A stretch of 64,000 nucleotides of DNA from Vicinamibacterales bacterium (lineage in GTDB: Bacteria > Acidobacteriota > Vicinamibacteria > Vicinamibacterales > UBA2999). Made by a program: the position numbers and the translations under genes. Positions 58,338 to 64,000 of this stretch are shown here, in pieces; within the stretch, counting starts at the first letter, position 1, and the number at the start of each line of letters is the position of its first letter. Where the stretch lies: contig JBFWUK010000007.1 of assembly GCA_050247355.1 (NCBI GenBank), positions 71,100 to 135,099 on the forward strand, in the 5' to 3' direction. Below the pieces are notes generated by a model that saw only the letters and a list, made by a program, of their open reading frames with translations, was not told where the DNA came from and searched no databases.

Positions 58338-59638
58338 AACGCTTGCTCAAGGGCGGCCGCGTCGTCGACCCGGCCAACGGACGCGACGGCATCTTCGACG
58401 TTCTGATCGACGGCGATCGCATTGCCGAGGTCGGCACCAACCTGAACGCCGACGCGGCAGAGGTCGTCAACATTCCGGCCGGGCTCGTGGTGTGTCCCGG
58501 GCTGATCGACATGCACGTGCACCTGCGCGAGCCTGGCCAGGAGCACAAGGAAACCGTCGCGACCGGCGTGGCCTCGGCTGTCGCCGGTGGCTTCACGGCG
58601 GTCGCGTGCATGCCCAACACGAAGCCGGTCAACGACAACGCCGGCGTCACCAAGCTGATTCTGCAGAAGGCCGCCGAGGCCAACCTGGCGCGGGTCTATC
58701 CCATTGGCGCCGTATCGCGCGGGCAGAAGGGCGAAGAGCTCGCCGACATCGCCGAGTTGAAGGAAGCGGGCTGCGTCGCGGTGACCGACGATGGATTGCC
58801 GGTGGCCACTGCGATCCTGGCGCGGCGCGCGCTCGAGTACACCAGCATGTTCAAGATGCCGGTGATCGAGCACTGCGAGGACCAGACGCTGAAAGGCGAC
58901 GGCGTCGCGCACGAAGGACCGGTTGCCGCATCGCTGGGGCTGCGCGGCATCCCGGGCGTCGCCGAAGCCATCACCGCCGGCCGCGACATCCTGCTGGCCG
59001 AAATGACCGGCGGCCACATCCATATCGCGCACATGAGCGCGTGGACCACCATCGAGGCGGTCCGTCAGGGCAAGAGCCGCGGCGTGAACGTCACCTGCGA
59101 GGTGTGCCCGCACCACTTCACGCTGACCGACGACATGCTGGCCGCGCCGGTGGCCTACGACACCAACACCAAGATGAACCCGCCGCTGCGCGAAGCGCGC
59201 GATCGCGATGCCATGATCGCCGGCATCGTCGACGGCACCGTGGACGTCATCTCCACCGACCATGCGCCGCATCACTACGACGAGAAGAACGTCGAGTTCG
59301 ACCGCGCGCCGTTCGGCATTGTCGGCCTCGAAACCGCGGTGCCGATCACGCTCGACAAGCTGGTGCACACGGGCCTGATCACGTTGTCGAGGATGGTGGA
59401 GTTGATGTCGGTGAACCCGGCCAGGATCCTGAACGTGCCAGGCGGCTCGCTTGCGCCCGGCGCGCCGGCCGACATCACCATTCTCGCACTCGAGTTGCCG
59501 GTGACCATCGACAAGACCAAGCTGGTGAGCAAGTCGAAGAACACCCCGTATCACGGCTGGTCGTTCAAGGGCGGTGTCGCGGCCACCATTGTCGGCGGCC
59601 GCACGGTTTACTCCAATCCCGCGGTGAAGCTGACCTGA
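58334..59638 (+). CDS. pyrC: Dihydroorotase (long, class I type)
   Basis: 434 aa. DMHVHLREPG (HxH metal site), the DDG region, and DHAPH near the C-terminus. Confidence 0.9.
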   Translation: MKRLLKGGRVVDPANGRDGIFDVLIDGDRIAEVGTNLNADAAEVVNIPAGLVVCPGLIDMHVHLREPGQEHKETVATGVASAVAGGFTAVACMPNTKPVNDNAGVTKLILQKAAEANLARVYPIGAVSRGQKGEELADIAELKEAGCVAVTDDGLPVATAILARRALEYTSMFKMPVIEHCEDQTLKGDGVAHEGPVAASLGLRGIPGVAEAITAGRDILLAEMTGGHIHIAHMSAWTTIEAVRQGKSRGVNVTCEVCPHHFTLTDDMLAAPVAYDTNTKMNPPLREARDRDAMIAGIVDGTVDVISTDHAPHHYDEKNVEFDRAPFGIVGLETAVPITLDKLVHTGLITLSRMVELMSVNPARILNVPGGSLAPGAPADITILALELPVTIDKTKLVSKSKNTPYHGWSFKGGVAATIVGGRTVYSNPAVKLT

Positions 59639-60261
59639 TGGCCACCAACGCTCGACACGATGAGATCCGCGCCAGGGCGCTCGAAGACATGCGCCGCTTC
59701 GAAGTGGTGATGGACGGCCACTTCGACTACGGCAACGGCTTCCACGGCAAGCTCTATCTGAATCCTCACAAGCTGCTGCAGTGGCCGGCCACGATCTGGC
59801 GGGTCGCGCAGGACCTGATCGACGTGATGCCGGCCGACTTCGCCGCGCAGGCCGAGGTGATTGCCGGCCCGGCCACCGGCGGCGCCATTCTCGCCCACAC
59901 CATCGCCGGCCTGCTCGACGGCCGCCGGCCCATGACGCATCCACCCTACTCGTTCGCGCCGTTCGGCGATCAGGAAGGCGAGCCGACGCTCAGCCCGTTC
60001 TACGCGAAGAGCATGAACGGCCGCCGCGTGTTGATCGTGGACGACGTGCGCAACACCGGGACGACGTTCAAGCGCTGCGCCGACCTGGTGGTCCAGGCTG
60101 GAGGCATCGTGATTGGCACGGTGCAGATTGTCGATCGCTGCGAAGCGTGCGTCAGCCTGGACGTGCCGAACGTGGCGCTGGTCGAGTACAAGGCGCCGCC
60201 GAACTACCCGGCGGCATCCTGCCCGATGTGCGCGTCGCAGGTGCCGATCACCAGCTTCTAG
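59638..60261 (+). CDS. pyrE: Type I phosphoribosyltransferase, probable orotate phosphoribosyltransferase
   Basis: VLIVDDVRNTGTT PRPP-binding motif. The TGATG overlap with pyrC supports a pyrimidine role. The assignment to orotate rests on context. Confidence 0.7.
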   Translation: MATNARHDEIRARALEDMRRFEVVMDGHFDYGNGFHGKLYLNPHKLLQWPATIWRVAQDLIDVMPADFAAQAEVIAGPATGGAILAHTIAGLLDGRRPMTHPPYSFAPFGDQEGEPTLSPFYAKSMNGRRVLIVDDVRNTGTTFKRCADLVVQAGGIVIGTVQIVDRCEACVSLDVPNVALVEYKAPPNYPAASCPMCASQVPITSF

Positions 60262-60265
60262 ACGC

Positions 60266-61108
60266 GTGGCAAGTCTTCGCGCTGCGCTCGACACGCTCTA
60301 CACCTCCTACAACGCCGATCGCGTGGTGACCGATCCGGTGTGGATCGTGCACCGCTACGACCGCCCTGACGACCGCGAGGTCGTCGCGTTCATCGCCGCC
60401 GCGCTGGCCTTCGGGCGGGTGCAAAGCGTGCTCAACTCGATCGACGGCATGCTTCAGGTGATGGGTCCCTCGCCGGCGGCATTCGTCCGGACCTTCGAGC
60501 CGGCCCGCGATCGCCGCAAGTTCGATCACCTGGTGCATCGCTGGACCAAGGGCATCGACATGGCGGCGCTGGTGTGGGTGATGCACCAGATGATCCGCGA
60601 CGGCGGCTCGATCGAGGGGTTCTTCACGACGGGCCTGGCCGCGGACGCGATCGACGTGGGCGAGGCGCTGCAGTCGTTCTCGACGCGGGCGCTGGCGCTG
60701 GATCAGAAGTCGGTCTACGGCCGCTCGAAACCCAAGCCCGGAGTCGCCTACTTCTTCTCGCGTCCTTCCTCTGGCGGCGCCTGTAAGCGGCTGAACCTGT
60801 TCCTGCGCTGGATGGTGCGGAAAGACGCGGTGGACCTCGGCGTGTGGACGCGTGTGCGTCCCGGCCAGCTGATCGTGCCGCTCGACACGCACGTCATTCG
60901 CGTCGGCCAGTGCCTGCGCCTGACGAAGCTCAAGAGCCCGGGTTGGCGCATGGCGGCAGACATCACCAGGTCCCTGCGCGCACTCGACCCGGCCGACCCG
61001 GTGAAGTTCGACTTTTCGATCTGCCACCTGGGCATGATGAATGCCTGCGGCTTCGGGAAGAAACAGCGCGACGGGCAGTGTCCATTGCGTGGATGTTGCC
61101 ACCCATAA
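60266..61108 (+). CDS. TIGR02757/DUF2400 family protein
   Basis: 280 aa from GTG 60266. DPVWIVHRY...VAFIAAALAFGRV...LFLRWMVR...VPLDTHV...FSICHLGM matches my recollection of this family. Confidence 0.75.
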   Translation: MASLRAALDTLYTSYNADRVVTDPVWIVHRYDRPDDREVVAFIAAALAFGRVQSVLNSIDGMLQVMGPSPAAFVRTFEPARDRRKFDHLVHRWTKGIDMAALVWVMHQMIRDGGSIEGFFTTGLAADAIDVGEALQSFSTRALALDQKSVYGRSKPKPGVAYFFSRPSSGGACKRLNLFLRWMVRKDAVDLGVWTRVRPGQLIVPLDTHVIRVGQCLRLTKLKSPGWRMAADITRSLRALDPADPVKFDFSICHLGMMNACGFGKKQRDGQCPLRGCCHP

Positions 61109-61162
61109 GTCACTTAATATCAAAGTATTGACAGGTAGTCTGTGTAATGTGCATATTGACTT

Positions 61163-61411
61163 ATGGCCACCAAGACCATCTCGTTGAAAGTAGAGGCATA
61201 TAACCGGCTCGCCGGCGCCCGCCGCTATCGCGACGAGTCGTTCAGCGAGGTGGTGATGCGGGCAACCTGGCCGGAAGACACCATTACCGGCAGGGCGCTT
61301 CTCGACTTGTTGGGCTCGCGGCGCGTGCATTTGCGCGCCGAGGAGTTGGACCGCCTCGACGAACTCAAGCAGAGCGAGTTGCCGCCCGAGGACAAATGGG
61401 CCGAGCGCTGA
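61163..61411 (+). CDS. vapB: VapB-type antitoxin (DUF217-like putative antitoxin family)
   Basis: MATKTISLKVEAYNRLAGARRYRDESFSEVVMR follows the KTISlxxEaYxxL...ESFSevi pattern. It overlaps the downstream PIN gene by 16 nt. Confidence 0.75.
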   Translation: MATKTISLKVEAYNRLAGARRYRDESFSEVVMRATWPEDTITGRALLDLLGSRRVHLRAEELDRLDELKQSELPPEDKWAER

Positions 61412-61794
61412 TTCTCGAGAGCACGTTCCTGATCGATCTCGAACGCGCGCACAAACGCGGCGCGCCCGGCGGGACGATCGCATTTCTCGAACAGAACCAG
61501 GACGCGCGGCTCTACCTTCCGTTCGTCGTCGCGGGCGAGATCGCGTCGGGCATCTCCATGCGCGATCGCGCGCGATGGGAGGCCTTCCTCGCGCCGTTCT
61601 ATGTGCTGCCGCCGACTCCCGAAGTGAGCTGGCAGTTCGGCCGCGCCTTCAGGCACCTGCGCGACAACGGCAACCTGATCGGCGCGAACGACCTCTGGAT
61701 CGCCGCCACCGGCCTCGCCTACGAGATGCCGGTCGTGACCCGAAACGTCGAGCACTTCAGGCGCGTGCCGGGTCTGGAGGTTGAAAGTTACTAG
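61396..61794 (+). CDS. vapC: PIN-domain toxin VapC
   Basis: N-terminal LILESTFLIDL, central acidic residues, NDLWIAATG and TRNVEHF motifs. The first acidic residue is Glu rather than the usual Asp. Confidence 0.8.
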   Translation: MGRALILESTFLIDLERAHKRGAPGGTIAFLEQNQDARLYLPFVVAGEIASGISMRDRARWEAFLAPFYVLPPTPEVSWQFGRAFRHLRDNGNLIGANDLWIAATGLAYEMPVVTRNVEHFRRVPGLEVESY

Positions 61795-64000
61795 TCGCGC
61801 CGCAGAGCCTCGGCTGGGCTGACACCCGCTGCCCGCTGAACCGGCACCAGGGTCGACCCGGCGGCCACGGCGACCACGATGGCCGCAGCAGCGACGATGG
61901 GCAGCGCACCAACCGGTCCCAGGTTCTCGACCCAGTTCCCCGCCAGCCGCTGTCCCCACATCGCGAGCGGGGTACCGACGATTAGTCCAACAGCGACGCA
62001 TCCCGCCGCGCTCTTCAAGACCATGCGCGTGATGTCGCCTCGCGTGGCGCCCAGGGCCATGCGGACGCCGATCTCGTTGATGCGGCGGTTCACCGCGAAA
62101 GCCAACAGGCCATAGAGCCCGATGCCCACGAGGATGGCCCCCAACGCGCCGAACAACCCGGACAAGGTGGCGGCCAGACGCTCCGGCACTATCGACGCGT
62201 TGACCTGATCGGACAGCGTCGTCACGCCGGCGACGGCCCCCGTCTTCAGTGCATCCGACACCACCCGCTGCACATCGCCGGCCACGGCAATGGGATCGAC
62301 GCTGGTGCGGAGCGACAAGCGATGCGATGACATCCGCGGTTCCTGGAACGGGTTCAAGTACACCGTGGGCGGCGCCTCCCGCCGCAGGTCGATGTACTTC
62401 GCATCGCCGACAACGCCGACAATCTCGAACGACCGCACCTCTCCGGTGGGTCTGCCGGTCAGGCTTTCGAGCGAGAGACGCTGCCCGATCGCGCTGCGGC
62501 CAGGGAAGTAATGCCTTTCAATCGCCTGGTTGACGATCGCCACCGGCGCGCGGCCCTGGTCGTCGAAACGAAAATCCCGCCCCGCGACCAGCGGCGTGGC
62601 GAAGGTCTCGAAGTAGCGCGGCGCGACCCAGTTCACCGAGGCGTACTCACGCGCCTCGGGCGCTTCGGGAAAGCCATCGACCGTGACGAAGCTTGCGGCG
62701 CCGGCGCCGTGAATGGGTGTTACCGCACTCAAGGTTGCCGAACTGACCCCCGGCACGCGCGCCAGCGTGGCTAGCAAGTCCTGATAAGGCTGAAACAGCT
62801 GGGCTCGTTCGTAGCCGCTATTGGCGGGATCCAGCGTCACGAGCAAGACCGCACTGCGATCGAAGCCGAGGCCGGTGTTGCGAAGGCTCGAGAGGTGTCC
62901 GATGAACAACCCCGACACGGTCAGCAGCACGAGAGACACGGCGACCTGCGCCATCACGAGCGACGTCCCAAACCTCATCCGCGATCGCGACGGCCCGGAC
63001 GTTCCTGACTCACGCATTACCGGGGCGGGTGGGGCCGCGACCGCTTGCCATGCCGGAACCAGACCAAACAGAAGGCCGGCCAGCAATGACACGCCGGCGG
63101 TGAACACCAGCACGCGTCCATCGAGTTGGGCATCGAGCTGGATTGGTCCAATGAGACCGACGAACCCGCGTCCCGAGGTGAGAATGCCGACGAGCACGTT
63201 CACGCTCGCATAAGCCAGCGCGACGCCCGCCACGCCTCCGGCCAGCGCCAGCAGCACCGACTCGGTTAACAACTGTCGCAGCAGGCGCAGTCGCGGAGCG
63301 CCCAGCGAGACCCGCACCGCCACCTCCCGCTGGCGCGCAGCCCCCCGGGCCATCAGCATGCCGGCAATGTTGCTGCAGGCGGCGAACAGCAGCAAGCCGA
63401 CCACCGCCATCAACACCAGCAACGGCCGGGCGAACCCGTCCCGCAGCATGGCGAGTCCAGTGGCGGCAGGTTCGACGTCGATCGTCAATGCGCCAAGGTT
63501 CGGCGCCCGTTTCAAAGCCTGCTCGACCCGCCAGCGGTCGAGCACCAGCATCTCGGCACGCGCCTGTTCGACCGACACACCCGGTTTGAGACGCGCCATC
63601 AGGGCGACGGGCAGCGCACCGGTCAGGCGTTGACTGGGCTGCTGGAACGCCGGCTCCACCGCGGCCGGTAACCACACCTGCGGTCGCGCCGCGATGTTCA
63701 CGCCGGTGAACTCGCGTGGCGTGATGCCGACGATGACCGCGGAGGTGGCGCCGATGGTGATCCGCTGCCCAACGGCCGCGGGGTCGCCGTTGAAGCGCGA
63801 CCGCCAGAAGGCCCAGCTGATGACCGCGACCGGCTCCGCGCCGGCTTGATCGTCGGCTGGAACGATTACTCGCCCCATCGCGGGTTGCACGCCGAGCGTC
63901 TCGAAGAACTTCCCGACGACATACTCACCATGGACCGGTGCGGACTCGAATGCCTGGCCGCCGACCGGCAGGCGGAAGGCCGACATCGCGATTAGGTCGG
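61791..64000 (-). CDS. ADOP-family duplicated FtsX/MacB-type permease (N-terminus probably beyond the window edge)
   Basis: Two FtsX 4-TM modules with MacB-like periplasmic domains, paralogous to 36580-39033. The ORF is open to the window end. Its stop overlaps the vapC stop (CTAG). Confidence 0.85.
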   Translation of the reverse strand, partial: DLIAMSAFRLPVGGQAFESAPVHGEYVVGKFFETLGVQPAMGRVIVPADDQAGAEPVAVISWAFWRSRFNGDPAAVGQRITIGATSAVIVGITPREFTGVNIAARPQVWLPAAVEPAFQQPSQRLTGALPVALMARLKPGVSVEQARAEMLVLDRWRVEQALKRAPNLGALTIDVEPAATGLAMLRDGFARPLLVLMAVVGLLLFAACSNIAGMLMARGAARQREVAVRVSLGAPRLRLLRQLLTESVLLALAGGVAGVALAYASVNVLVGILTSGRGFVGLIGPIQLDAQLDGRVLVFTAGVSLLAGLLFGLVPAWQAVAAPPAPVMRESGTSGPSRSRMRFGTSLVMAQVAVSLVLLTVSGLFIGHLSSLRNTGLGFDRSAVLLVTLDPANSGYERAQLFQPYQDLLATLARVPGVSSATLSAVTPIHGAGAASFVTVDGFPEAPEAREYASVNWVAPRYFETFATPLVAGRDFRFDDQGRAPVAIVNQAIERHYFPGRSAIGQRLSLESLTGRPTGEVRSFEIVGVVGDAKYIDLRREAPPTVYLNPFQEPRMSSHRLSLRTSVDPIAVAGDVQRVVSDALKTGAVAGVTTLSDQVNASIVPERLAATLSGLFGALGAILVGIGLYGLLAFAVNRRINEIGVRMALGATRGDITRMVLKSAAGCVAVGLIVGTPLAMWGQRLAGNWVENLGPVGALPIVAAAAIVVAVAAGSTLVPVQRAAGVSPAEALRRD

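Overview
GC-rich chromosomal segment with strong GC3 codon bias and many antisense shadow ORFs. It is most likely from an Acidobacteriota-type genome, because it carries two ADOP-type duplicated FtsX/MacB orphan permeases. I support about 52 protein-coding genes and two decayed genes. I found no rRNA, tRNA, CRISPR array, transposase or integrase.

Gene content from start to end:
- Histidine kinase tail, AlaX-type editing protein, S9 peptidase, and an ALDH7 / SDR / ALDH trio.
- A putative metal transporter and a YeiH-family membrane protein.
- A six-gene minus-strand envelope operon: GldA/F/G-like ABC system, DUF4340 protein, PBP4 and a GT-C-like membrane protein.
- A penicillin/AHL acylase.
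- An ArsR-type repressor with a P1B-type metal ATPase, including a clear promoter and operator.
- A REC-PilZ protein.
- An unusual operon of a LysW-like hyperacidic zinc-ribbon protein, a LarE-type PP-loop enzyme and a DUF2723 membrane protein.
- Pal.
- Pyrimidine genes at three loci: pyrK-pyrD-pyrF, pyrR-pyrB and uORF-pyrC-pyrE.
- A mixed operon: AlkP-family enzyme, GGDEF protein, racemase-fold protein, CorA, amidase and ADOP permease.
- ribA and an LtaS/sulfatase-like protein.
- A 1362-aa hybrid sensor kinase and an M28 peptidase.
- A degraded NarL/NarX-type two-component pair.
- A compact cluster: CDP-alcohol phosphatidyltransferase, MDR dehydrogenase, degenerate PTPS-fold protein, GT4 glycosyltransferase, two methyltransferases and a RibD_C reductase.
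- A TIGR02757 protein, a VapBC module and a second ADOP permease.

Most interesting observations:
1. The orphan LysW-like carrier plus LarE operon, including its start-codon problem.
2. The PTPS-fold / glycosyltransferase / methyltransferase / RibD_C cluster, whose product I cannot name.
3. Two covarying PyrR-type hairpins that sequester Shine-Dalgarno sequences. One of them feeds a 19-codon uORF coupled to pyrC.
4. Several non-coding repeat families.

All functional calls come from motif recognition by eye. No database search was run.
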